A DNA stretch of 64,000 nucleotides from Pseudomonadota bacterium (GTDB lineage Bacteria; Desulfobacterota; Desulfobulbia; Desulfobulbales; SURF-16), in NCBI GenBank assembly GCA_018816555.1, contig JAHIVT010000059.1:7309-71308 (forward strand), read 5' to 3'. The stretch's first letter is position 1, and each line of letters opens with the position of its first letter. Of this stretch, positions 9,011 to 17,239 are shown piece after piece. The notes under the pieces are model-generated. The model was not told the DNA's origin. It ran no database searches and saw only the letters and a list, made by a program, of their open reading frames with translations. Made by a program: the position numbers and the translations under genes.

Positions 9011-11336
9011 TCTTTTTCATTTTCCTCAGCGCTTCAAGTTGTTTCGGATTGATCATCACCGTTTCAGAAAGTCCGGCCTCCGCGGCATCAGGCAACTGCT
9101 GTTTCGCCGGGGCCGTCTTGTTCTCCCTCGGTGCCGGGGCGGCGGCCTTGGCGTTGCGGCCGGCAAGCAGTGCGGCAACAGCATCGGCACTCATAACCAC
9201 TGTCTTTTCCAGATCAGCTTGCTCTGCAGTCCGGGTTTTGCCGGGTGTTCCCCCGGCTGGCGCAGCGGCCTGCGCGCCGCCCGGCCTGATGGTGGGCGGC
9301 ACCTCATCAACAGTGGCATCGGCCTGGGGGGCACTGCCGGACTGGGTATGCTGCTGCATGAGCGCCGCAAGCTGGTCCGCACTCATCATTACTGTTTTTT
9401 CCAGGTCGGCTTGCTCCTCCGCGCCGGGATGCTCCTTTTTCTCTGCGGTCTTGTCTGTTGGTGACACATGGCTGGTGGTCGGCGGGGCACTGCCGGACTG
9501 GACTTCTTTCTGCATGAGCGCCGCAAGCTGGTCCGCACTCATCATTACTGTTTTTTCCAGATCTTCTTCCTCCGGCAGCTCCGCTACCTGCTCATCACCA
9601 TGATCAGCCGTTTCTGCGGCAACTTCCTGCACTGCGGCTTCGGTTGGCAGCTCCGCCATCCACCTCTGCCTGATGCCGAGCAGAATGCGACTGATGGCTG
9701 CATCGCTGTCTTCGGCAGCCATTGCCGTTACCTCTACTGCCTCAACGGCAAACAGGCTCTGCTTTACCTCCTCGGCAAGGCTTGACAGCCGAAGGGTAAA
9801 GGTTGCCGCCGAAAAATCAGAAGCCGGCTGGCAGGATTGGCGCAGCAAAGACCAGCCCAGGACCAGGGCCTGCTGCCAGAGGCCAAGCCATGCAGTGGGA
9901 AGCTGTTGCTGGACAGGCTGCCAGAAAATATTGCCCGGATTCAACACGGGGCTGTGATCTGCTGAGACCAGAAAATCCGGTTGCACCTCTGCCTGATGCC
10001 GTTCATAAAAAGCGGCGAGCATCTGGGCTATATCCCGGGCCGCAACCCTGCTGTTTACCAGCAGGACATTGAACCACAGCAGGGCAAGGGAGTGGATGCC
10101 AAGGGATTCCGGCACCTTGAGGAAAGCGGATCCCTCTGGCGGCGTCAAGCCGACGGCCAGGGGCATGGCCCGGAAATTCCAGAAATAAGGCAACGGCCCC
10201 TCATAGTCGGCAAAGTCAACCCAGAACTGATCAATGGTAAGCCGCAGGTCGGCATGCTGCAGATGGGACAAGGCGGCAAAAGAGGCTCTGCTGACCTGGG
10301 CAAGCAGGCCAAGTTTCAGATAGAGCGCCTCCAGGAAACGTCGTCCGTCCTGGAAAAACAGGGCTATCCTGCCCTCCTGCCGGCCGCCCAGGGCCTTGAC
10401 ACAGACTGCCCGGCCAGGCAAACCCGCTGACTCAAGCCGGGCGGCAAGCTCCTCTGTGGACGCCCCTGAAATAAGGGAAAGAAAATCGCCGGCATGGAGC
10501 TGCCGGGCATGGGTGGCGACCATACGGAACGGATAAAAGGCCAAGGGAATAATCCTTGTCGCAGCCAGCCTGTCAGCAGCGTAACACTCCGCGCACTGCG
10601 GGCAGCCCCGGCAGGGAAAAGCTGTCACCGCAACATTATTTTCGATGAGATGGGCAAATTCATCTATCAGAATTCGCTGGTTCTTCACCGAAGGAGCGGC
10701 GGTATCCGGAGCAGCAAAAGCAAAAAACTCCGCCTGCCCCGTAGCGATCTGACAGGAGGGACAGAAGAGAAAACGCTGCAGGCTTACAGAATAGGCCGGC
10801 AGGCCGGCGGCCAGCAGCACCTCATCCGTGCTGCAGAGTTCCAGCAATTGGCCGCAACGGGGACATGGGGGATGAAAATAACGTTGCCGGTGCAGACAAT
10901 AAAACAGTGACCTCCACAGCGGTGTCGCGCTGCCGCCGGTGGCATGCTGAGTGGTGGAAAAGGGACAGCCGACATCTTCAGCGGCGGCTTCCCCTGCCAG
11001 TTGCCACAGCGCATCGATATCCCGGTTGCTGAAGGGCACCTGGGTTTCCGAAAAGGAGTACTTGTCCTTCTGCACCAGCAGAAAGACATCCTTGAGGGAC
11101 TGTGGCGATCCAGCGGTGAAAGCGGCGGGAATGAGGCGGGCAAGGGGCGAAAAGGCATCAAGAAACGGAAAGTCAGGCGGTGTGATGGAAACAGGTGAGT
11201 CCACGCCAGGCGCAGAAACCTTCAGGTAAATCTTGGAGGATTCCGGATCAAGCCAGGGGAGCAGGGATTCGGTTGACAAAATGTGATCCACGCAGACATC
11301 CTTATTACGAGTGAACGGGAATTCATTCAAATGCAT
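9000..11336 (-). CDS. Large hypothetical protein with Cys-pair (zinc-ribbon-like) motifs and a C-terminal tandem-repeat region; first gene of the T6SS-oriented block
   Basis: 778 aa. Cys pairs are CPRCGQLLELC, CPSCQ and CRGCPQCAEC. The C-terminal third carries four copies of a D-L-E-K-T-V-M-M-S-A-D-Q-L-A-A-L-type motif, and the 156-bp period is visible in the DNA. Confidence 0.6.
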   Translation of the reverse strand: MHLNEFPFTRNKDVCVDHILSTESLLPWLDPESSKIYLKVSAPGVDSPVSITPPDFPFLDAFSPLARLIPAAFTAGSPQSLKDVFLLVQKDKYSFSETQVPFSNRDIDALWQLAGEAAAEDVGCPFSTTQHATGGSATPLWRSLFYCLHRQRYFHPPCPRCGQLLELCSTDEVLLAAGLPAYSVSLQRFLFCPSCQIATGQAEFFAFAAPDTAAPSVKNQRILIDEFAHLIENNVAVTAFPCRGCPQCAECYAADRLAATRIIPLAFYPFRMVATHARQLHAGDFLSLISGASTEELAARLESAGLPGRAVCVKALGGRQEGRIALFFQDGRRFLEALYLKLGLLAQVSRASFAALSHLQHADLRLTIDQFWVDFADYEGPLPYFWNFRAMPLAVGLTPPEGSAFLKVPESLGIHSLALLWFNVLLVNSRVAARDIAQMLAAFYERHQAEVQPDFLVSADHSPVLNPGNIFWQPVQQQLPTAWLGLWQQALVLGWSLLRQSCQPASDFSAATFTLRLSSLAEEVKQSLFAVEAVEVTAMAAEDSDAAISRILLGIRQRWMAELPTEAAVQEVAAETADHGDEQVAELPEEEDLEKTVMMSADQLAALMQKEVQSGSAPPTTSHVSPTDKTAEKKEHPGAEEQADLEKTVMMSADQLAALMQQHTQSGSAPQADATVDEVPPTIRPGGAQAAAPAGGTPGKTRTAEQADLEKTVVMSADAVAALLAGRNAKAAAPAPRENKTAPAKQQLPDAAEAGLSETVMINPKQLEALRKMKKNDK
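9180..9600. repeat. Intragenic tandem repeat with a roughly 156-bp (52-codon) period inside the 778-aa gene
   Basis: ctgcatgagcgccgcaagctggtccgcactcatcattactgttttttccag occurs identically at 9354-9404 and 9510-9560, and gcactgccggactgg precedes both copies. A diverged third copy lies near 9180-9230 and a degenerate fourth near 9003-9070. Confidence 0.8.
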
Positions 11337-11642
11337 TTGCTCATTATTAGATTCACTTTAGGTAATATTTCTTTTAATTTCAACTTCTTTTAACAGAATC
11401 TTTCCCGCTGGCAATCAGGAGAACCCTGTTGGCATTTGTCTTCATCTGCATACCGGAAGAGATGTCCTTGAATTCCCATCCAAAAAAAATGATTTTGCCT
11501 TTTCTCATTTTTATAACATAATAATGCAGGCAGCAACCTCTCTCAGGCTCGACCTCGGGACTGCCGAAAATCCGTCCCGTTTCCACTACTATTGCATCTT
11601 GCAGGAGAAAAACCTTTTCACCACTCAAACAAGGAGTCCAAA

Positions 11643-11957
11643 ATGAAAAAAATCGCTACACTACTCGCCGCATCATGTGCTCTCGTGCTCTTTGCGCTGC
11701 CGGTCCAGGCTGAAGAGGCCTCGGTGGAACTCGGCCACACCCTGTTTAATGATGCGGGGCTGGGAGCATCAAAAAATGACAAAAGCTGCAATACCTGCCA
11801 TGAAAACGGTAAAGGCATGGAAAAGGCGGGCGCCAGTTCCGATCTGGCCGCTCTGATCAACAAGTGTATCAAGGGCCCCCTGCAGGGTGAAGGAATCAGC
11901 GAAGATACCGTTGCCATGGAGTCCCTTAAACTGTACATCAAATCGCTGGCAAAATAG
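11643..11957 (+). CDS. Small secreted mono-haem c-type cytochrome
   Basis: It has the signal peptide MKKIATLLAASCALVLFALPVQA and a CxxCH haem motif (CNTCH). The SD AAGGAG lies upstream of the ATG at 11643; the track ORF starts earlier, at 11592. Confidence 0.7.
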   Translation: MKKIATLLAASCALVLFALPVQAEEASVELGHTLFNDAGLGASKNDKSCNTCHENGKGMEKAGASSDLAALINKCIKGPLQGEGISEDTVAMESLKLYIKSLAK

Positions 11958-11974
11958 CCGGTCAAAACCCACAA

Positions 11975-12020
11975 AAAACACGGTTGTAAACAGGAACGTT
12001 TTACAGCCGTGTTTTATTTT
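11975..12020 (+). terminator. Rho-independent terminator after the cytochrome c gene
   Basis: A 16-bp stem pairs aaaacacggttgtaaa (11975-11990) with tttacagccgtgtttt (12000-12015), with one G.U pair. The loop is 9 nt and a T-rich tail follows. Confidence 0.7.
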
Positions 12021-12034
12021 CCCAGGAGACAGAA

Positions 12035-12763
12035 ATGACCCAGATGCTCATCTATGAGAAAATCGTTGTTCTCGACATCAAGAAACACAAAAACACCAGA
12101 GTTGCCCCGGTGACTGATTTTTCCTTTGCCGCCTCGGCCAATTCCATACCCATTGCCGGGGTGGAATTCATCGAGGCGTCAAAGGATTACCCCATTGCCT
12201 TTATCAAAAACAGCCAGAGCGCTTACATCCCCACCATCATTTTAGGGCTGCAGGACAACCAGAACCTCTTTGTCTCAAAGGAAGGAAAGTGGAACGCCTT
12301 TTACATTCCCGCCTACATCAGGCGTTATCCGTTCGTGCCGTCAACCACCAATGAGGCAGGCAAGCTGAACATCTGCATCGATGAAGCATACAAGGGAATT
12401 GACGCGGAAAAGGGCACTCCCGTCTTCAATGAAGACGGAACCCCGGCGCCGATGCTGGAAAAAGCGGTACAGCTGATCCAGGATTATCATATGCAGATGC
12501 AGCATACCAATTCCTTTACCTCCCGCCTGGCGGATAGCGGCGTGCTGCAGGAAATGAAGGCCGAATTCGGCACCAGGGACGGCAGCAAGAAATTCAGGCT
12601 GAGCGGAATCTTTGTGGTGAATGAGGAAAAACTGCGCGCCCTCGATGATGCAAAGGTGCTCGATTTTTTCAGAAAAGGCGAATTTGCCTGGATTTACAGC
12701 CATCTGACCTCGCTCTCCAATTTCGCGAGGATGCTGGACAAATTCTTTGCCCAGCCGAAATAG
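12035..12763 (+). CDS. SapC family protein
   Basis: 242 aa. The N-terminal pattern (ANSIPIAGVEFIEASKDYPIAFIK, YIPAYIRRYPF) is typical of SapC. Confidence 0.6.
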   Translation: MTQMLIYEKIVVLDIKKHKNTRVAPVTDFSFAASANSIPIAGVEFIEASKDYPIAFIKNSQSAYIPTIILGLQDNQNLFVSKEGKWNAFYIPAYIRRYPFVPSTTNEAGKLNICIDEAYKGIDAEKGTPVFNEDGTPAPMLEKAVQLIQDYHMQMQHTNSFTSRLADSGVLQEMKAEFGTRDGSKKFRLSGIFVVNEEKLRALDDAKVLDFFRKGEFAWIYSHLTSLSNFARMLDKFFAQPK

Positions 12764-12809
12764 GAGACTCATCCGCCGATAACAGGGATGCCATCTTTCC
12801 CGCCTCTCC

Positions 12810-15077
12810 TCAGCTGTACAGGATCTCCATTTTCCATCCATGCAGGATGCCGGTATCCTGGGCGGCCAGGTCACTCACCACAAGCGTCCAGTCTCCATGC
12901 ATCGCAGCACCAACCAGCTCACGCAGTACGTCGTCAGTGCGGGTGCTGTAGGTTTTTTTTATGTCATGGCGACTGGAACCAGACCGGTCATGCAGCACCA
13001 TTTCCCTGCCGGACGGATCAATGAGAATGAGCTGCAGATCCCCTACCCAGGTATGGGAGATATCAACGGTCACATCAGCATGGAGAATGGTGCCGTTCTC
13101 CTCAACGGAGATGGTGCCGGCAACCCCCTGGGGACTGTTGTCCGGGATGGGCAGCTCAGGTCCAACCTCCCTGGCCAGGCTTTTCTGTTCAAGCTTTTCC
13201 ACTGCCATGGTCAATCCCCAGCTGGCCAGTGTGCCCTGATCAAGCCGGGCATGATCGGCCACGATGAGCTGCCACTCTCCCTGCACCATATCGCCGACAA
13301 ACTTCACCAGATCAGGGGTGCCGTCAATGCGGTACTCCTCAATGATGTCATCCTCCTCCCCTCCGGTGCGGTCGTGGAGCACAACCTCCTCGCCGCCGGG
13401 GGACACCAGTCGCACCCGCAGGTCGTTTATGTAGGAATGGTTAATCATGACCACCACGGTTAATTCCCTGAGTATCCCCTGCTCATCAATAACAATGGAG
13501 CTGCTGACTCCCTGGGGCTTATTGTCCGGGATGGCAAGCGACGGGCTGATCTCCTTGTCGATCACGGCGAACCGGGCTGCCGGTTCGCCCACCCCGACCG
13601 CGGCCCAGGCATTCTTGATGGCGGCATATTCCCTGCCCTTGTCGCCGTAAAGCTGGCGGCAGGCATTCAGCGCCGCAAAGCGCGCCTGCTCAAAGGTCCA
13701 GCGGCTCAAGGTGGAGCTGCGCATATATTCGGTCAGACCGAGAAAATAGATCTGCTCCGCCTTTTCCCTGCCTATGCCCTCCACCGTGATGCCGTGGTAA
13801 GTGCCCCCGGCAACGGTGAGATAGGCCGCCTTGCAGGGAATGCCGCAGTTATAATGAACCCAGCCCAGGTCATTTTTTTCCCCATCAGGCAGCTCCTCGG
13901 GCCGGATATGCATGAAAGAGTCCATGTGGTCCGGCAGACCATAGCGGGAGGGATCTGACAGATCGCGCAGGGCGTCGCCGCTGCGGTAAGGGGTATAGAC
14001 TCCCTCACCCATCTGCCAGTCCACTATCTCCCCGTCACTGGATATCATCACCCCGAAGAAATCGGCAAACGCCTCATCCAGGGCGCCGGACTCTTCGGCG
14101 TAGACAAACCGGGCGGTACAGGAGGTGATGGCATGGGTGAATTCATGGCCGACAATGTCCAGGGCATAGGCCAGCGGCAGCCACTGCCGGCCGTCACCGT
14201 CCCCGTAGACCATCTGCTTCCGGTAGCTGTTCCAGTAGGCGTTGTTGTAGGACTGGCCAAAATGCACCGTGGAAACCAGGGGAGAACCCTGGTTGTCGTA
14301 ACTGTCGCGGCCGAAGGTCTTCTGGTAATATTTATAGACCTCCCTGGCATTGTTATGGGCAGCCTGCACCACCTCATCGGTGGAAGTCTGTTCATCCTGG
14401 ATGACCAGGGTACCTGGCAGAGTCTGCTGATTTTTTGCCGTGTAAGTCTTCTGTGCCATGATGGCCCTGCTTTCGGAAAAGCGGTAGAGCACGCTGCCGT
14501 CATGGGCATCGATGAAATAATAGCGGGCGCCATGCTCATGCTGGACCACTATTTCCACCTGCCAGGCCAGATGCACTTTTCCGTCGGTATGCCGGTAGAG
14601 GCAGAGGCCGCTCTTATGCTTCTCCCCCTGCTCCTCCCCGATATCAGCCATGGCGACATGCACGGCATTCACCTCGCTGAAGCGCGGCTGGAAATCCACA
14701 TCCGCCTCGGCCAGCCGGTTATCCTTGTAGGCGGTCACCACCCCGTCATTGCTGATATGCACCTGCACTGAACCCTCATGCACCGGCACATCCCGGATAA
14801 ACTGCGCCAGACAGACATGCGAATGGCCATGGCTGTCACGTTCAATGGATGACACCTCAAGCTGCTCGGAAACACCAGCAGCCAAGGCAAAAAGTTCTCT
14901 GTTATCCGAAATAAAGGCCCGGGCAATGGTTTCCGGACCATCCCCTGAGGGGGCGGAGAGGCGTCCCATGATAAATTTGGCTATTTTGCCATTGTCACTC
15001 CAGAAGATTCTGTTATCCGCATCACCGGTCAGCAGCCGCCCGGATGCCTCTTCCTGTTTTTTCGTTAATTGCATCAC
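12810..15077 (-). CDS. M4 (thermolysin-like) zinc metalloprotease with two C-terminal proprotein-convertase P-domains
   Basis: The HExxH motif is VGHEFTHAIT, and the third zinc-ligand region is LDEAFADFFG. Two P-domain-like modules are present (INHSYINDLRVRLVSPGGEEVVLHDRTGG and ISHTWVGDLQLILIDPSGREMVLHDRSGS). I see no obvious N-terminal signal peptide. Confidence 0.8.
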   Translation of the reverse strand: MMQLTKKQEEASGRLLTGDADNRIFWSDNGKIAKFIMGRLSAPSGDGPETIARAFISDNRELFALAAGVSEQLEVSSIERDSHGHSHVCLAQFIRDVPVHEGSVQVHISNDGVVTAYKDNRLAEADVDFQPRFSEVNAVHVAMADIGEEQGEKHKSGLCLYRHTDGKVHLAWQVEIVVQHEHGARYYFIDAHDGSVLYRFSESRAIMAQKTYTAKNQQTLPGTLVIQDEQTSTDEVVQAAHNNAREVYKYYQKTFGRDSYDNQGSPLVSTVHFGQSYNNAYWNSYRKQMVYGDGDGRQWLPLAYALDIVGHEFTHAITSCTARFVYAEESGALDEAFADFFGVMISSDGEIVDWQMGEGVYTPYRSGDALRDLSDPSRYGLPDHMDSFMHIRPEELPDGEKNDLGWVHYNCGIPCKAAYLTVAGGTYHGITVEGIGREKAEQIYFLGLTEYMRSSTLSRWTFEQARFAALNACRQLYGDKGREYAAIKNAWAAVGVGEPAARFAVIDKEISPSLAIPDNKPQGVSSSIVIDEQGILRELTVVVMINHSYINDLRVRLVSPGGEEVVLHDRTGGEEDDIIEEYRIDGTPDLVKFVGDMVQGEWQLIVADHARLDQGTLASWGLTMAVEKLEQKSLAREVGPELPIPDNSPQGVAGTISVEENGTILHADVTVDISHTWVGDLQLILIDPSGREMVLHDRSGSSRHDIKKTYSTRTDDVLRELVGAAMHGDWTLVVSDLAAQDTGILHGWKMEILYS

Positions 15078-15140
15078 CAGACTCCCCTTTATGATTTCAT
15101 CTGATCTTCATTTACCGCTGCGGCAAGATCCGATCGCCCA

Positions 15141-16523
15141 TCACGGCTTTTTATCCACAAAAAGCCGTATTGACCGGAGCACCAGTCTTTCGGAAAAACC
15201 TGAGACAAATGCCGCAAGCAGCAGGAAATAATTTGTTTTTCCCAGCTTGTCGAAAATATCTTTATTGAAAACTTGCGCGCCGATGCCTGACTTGATAATC
15301 ATGACGATGAGCAGAGCCGACACCATGCCCATGAGAATGCGCAGCATGGTGACCCGGATGGTATGGGCCATTTCCGGTACCCTTGTTGACTTGGAGGCTG
15401 TGGGGGCGGATACTATGGCGCTCACCGTGCCGCCGAGCAGACCGAAAACCATCACGCTAACAAACATCCAGTCATCCGATAACGGCAATTCCGTGGCGGA
15501 GGAAAAAACCCTCTTTATCTGACTGAAATTAAAGGAGAGAAAACTGATCTGCACCAAAAGGATCAGGGCCAGATAGACTACGTGGCTGCGCAACAGTCCG
15601 TCCTTATAGGCCTGATTCATGTAATTTTCGTCAATGACCAGGGCGGCCTGGAAAACATTCTCCGAGTTCATGGCAGCCCCGTTCTCCACATCCGCGAGAA
15701 GATCGCGCACCGCCTCCTTGCGCCAGCCGGTCAATTTTTCCGACTCATTGTACAGGACAATGGCTTTGGTCCGCAGCTGATCCTGATCCAGGGAAAATAT
15801 CTCCATCCGTTGCGCAGCAAAAAAATACTTCCAGCCGCCATCGATGTCACCCTGGTCATCAAGCGCCTGCCGCGCCCGGCGCAGCGCCTCCCTTGCCTCC
15901 TCAATGCAGGGCTCACAAGAGCTCTTTTGGCCTCGAAAGATATTTCCCCGGCACTCGAGTTCCATGGCATAGGAATTTATGGTGGCCGACAACCTCTGCC
16001 AGCGATGCATGGCGGTGATTCTGGTAAAGATCTGGTTGGCTGTCTGGAAAAAACGTGAAAAGGTGGGCAGGTAGCGATCAATGTCATTTTCCCTGCCATA
16101 GATGGCGGCCACCAGCTTTTTTTCCTCGTTATGGGTCAGCCGTTGCAATGCCTCCCGGGGGGTGAGCCACTCCAGTTTTTTTATCTCTCTTGAAGGGGTA
16201 AAACAGCATTCATCCGCGGCAAGCATCTTCCAGAAAAAAACCACTTTCGGGGCCTTGCCGGGATAATAAAAACTGGTACCGGCAAAAGCGGTGATCACCG
16301 CCCGGCAGCCGGTTTCTTCATTGACTTCCCGCAGGGCTGTCTCTTCAATAGATTCCCCCTCTTCCTGCTTCCCCTTGGGCAAGGCCCATTCCTCCCCATA
16401 ACGGTCGCGCAGGATCACGGCAATCATGATCCCCCTTGGGGTTTGTTTTTCCACGATCCCCCCTGCGGCAATAATGAGTTTTGCCGAGGCAGTTGCAGAT
16501 TTACCGGTTGTCATGAGCTTCAC
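15141..16523 (-). CDS. Nudix hydrolase domain fused to a C-terminal multi-pass membrane domain
   Basis: GKQEEGESIEETALREVNEETGC is a perfect Nudix box (GX5EX7REUXEEXGU). A helical linker follows. The C-terminal hydrophobic helices are VVYLALILLVQISFLSF, WMFVSVMVFGLLGGTVSAIVSA, MLRILMGMVSALLIVMII and YFLLLAAFVSGF. Confidence 0.75.
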   Translation of the reverse strand: MKLMTTGKSATASAKLIIAAGGIVEKQTPRGIMIAVILRDRYGEEWALPKGKQEEGESIEETALREVNEETGCRAVITAFAGTSFYYPGKAPKVVFFWKMLAADECCFTPSREIKKLEWLTPREALQRLTHNEEKKLVAAIYGRENDIDRYLPTFSRFFQTANQIFTRITAMHRWQRLSATINSYAMELECRGNIFRGQKSSCEPCIEEAREALRRARQALDDQGDIDGGWKYFFAAQRMEIFSLDQDQLRTKAIVLYNESEKLTGWRKEAVRDLLADVENGAAMNSENVFQAALVIDENYMNQAYKDGLLRSHVVYLALILLVQISFLSFNFSQIKRVFSSATELPLSDDWMFVSVMVFGLLGGTVSAIVSAPTASKSTRVPEMAHTIRVTMLRILMGMVSALLIVMIIKSGIGAQVFNKDIFDKLGKTNYFLLLAAFVSGFSERLVLRSIRLFVDKKP

Positions 16524-16653
16524 ACTTTCGCGGTTATCCTGTTATGAAAGAGAAACTGCACCGCAGAGACATAATGTCCTCTTCAGAAATGATGGTGCAG
16601 GAATGGTCAAAACCACAAAAAGGTGGAAATTTTCCGAGATGCGGTCAGGAGTG

Positions 16654-16974
16654 CTAACAGAGCATACTCCATCCCTTTACCGTCGTCTCCTCAATTTCCG
16701 GAATATCTCCGTACTTTTCCCTGTAGCTTTTCAAGCCATCGGCAAGGACTTGCAACAGCGCCGCTGCATATACCGGACTGGTTATGATGCGGGTATGACA
16801 GACGACATCATTATTTTCCTGAAAATACTGGCCACAATCAATAACAAATTCAAAGGCGTTATGCCCGATATCAAAATAATTTGCGTACCTGCCTTCAATT
16901 GACTTGCTCACAGTTGCCTTACCCTTTTTTGTGGTTTGCGGAATTTTCCCGTCCGGATGAAGCGAACACACCAT
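16654..16974 (-). CDS. DUF3467 domain protein
   Basis: YANYFDIGHNAFEFVIDCGQYF matches the DUF3467 core. The start is uncertain: the ATG at 16974 has no clear SD, and the track ORF extends to 17043. Confidence 0.5.
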   Translation of the reverse strand: MVCSLHPDGKIPQTTKKGKATVSKSIEGRYANYFDIGHNAFEFVIDCGQYFQENNDVVCHTRIITSPVYAAALLQVLADGLKSYREKYGDIPEIEETTVKGWSMLC

Positions 16975-17239
16975 TGCTAACGGTTTTAAGCTAATCAAAA
17001 TCCGCGCCACAGAATACACAAATAAATAAACGAAACAAAACAATATATTAGGGGAAATGATTGACGCCAGTCAAAAACATTTCCCGGCAAACCTGTAACA
17101 GACGGAAGGGCAAGGCACGGATTGGAACGGCAAAGTAAGGGAAACAGACCGGAATTTCAGCTTTCCGGCTGGTGGCTAACGGACGCAGGCTGAATGTGAC
17201 AGATGGACGTCACACGGTAATGTGACAAGTGCCGGACAA

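Noticed and set aside
9004-9603. A 199-aa plus-strand Ser/Ala-rich ORF with internal repeats.
   Set aside because: It is the antisense reading of the tandem-repeat region of the 778-aa gene, and its repeats simply mirror the sense-strand repeats.
11436-11452. A sigma54-like sequence, TGGCATTTGTCTTCATC, on the plus strand upstream of the cytochrome c gene.
   Set aside because: The -12 element reads TTCAT instead of TTGCW, and the site is about 190 nt from the start codon. The match is too weak to call.
11380-11628. An 82-aa minus-strand ORF upstream of the 778-aa T6SS-head gene.
   Set aside because: It has no recognisable motif or SD and lies in an AT-rich promoter-like region. I cannot exclude a small protein, but there is no support for one.
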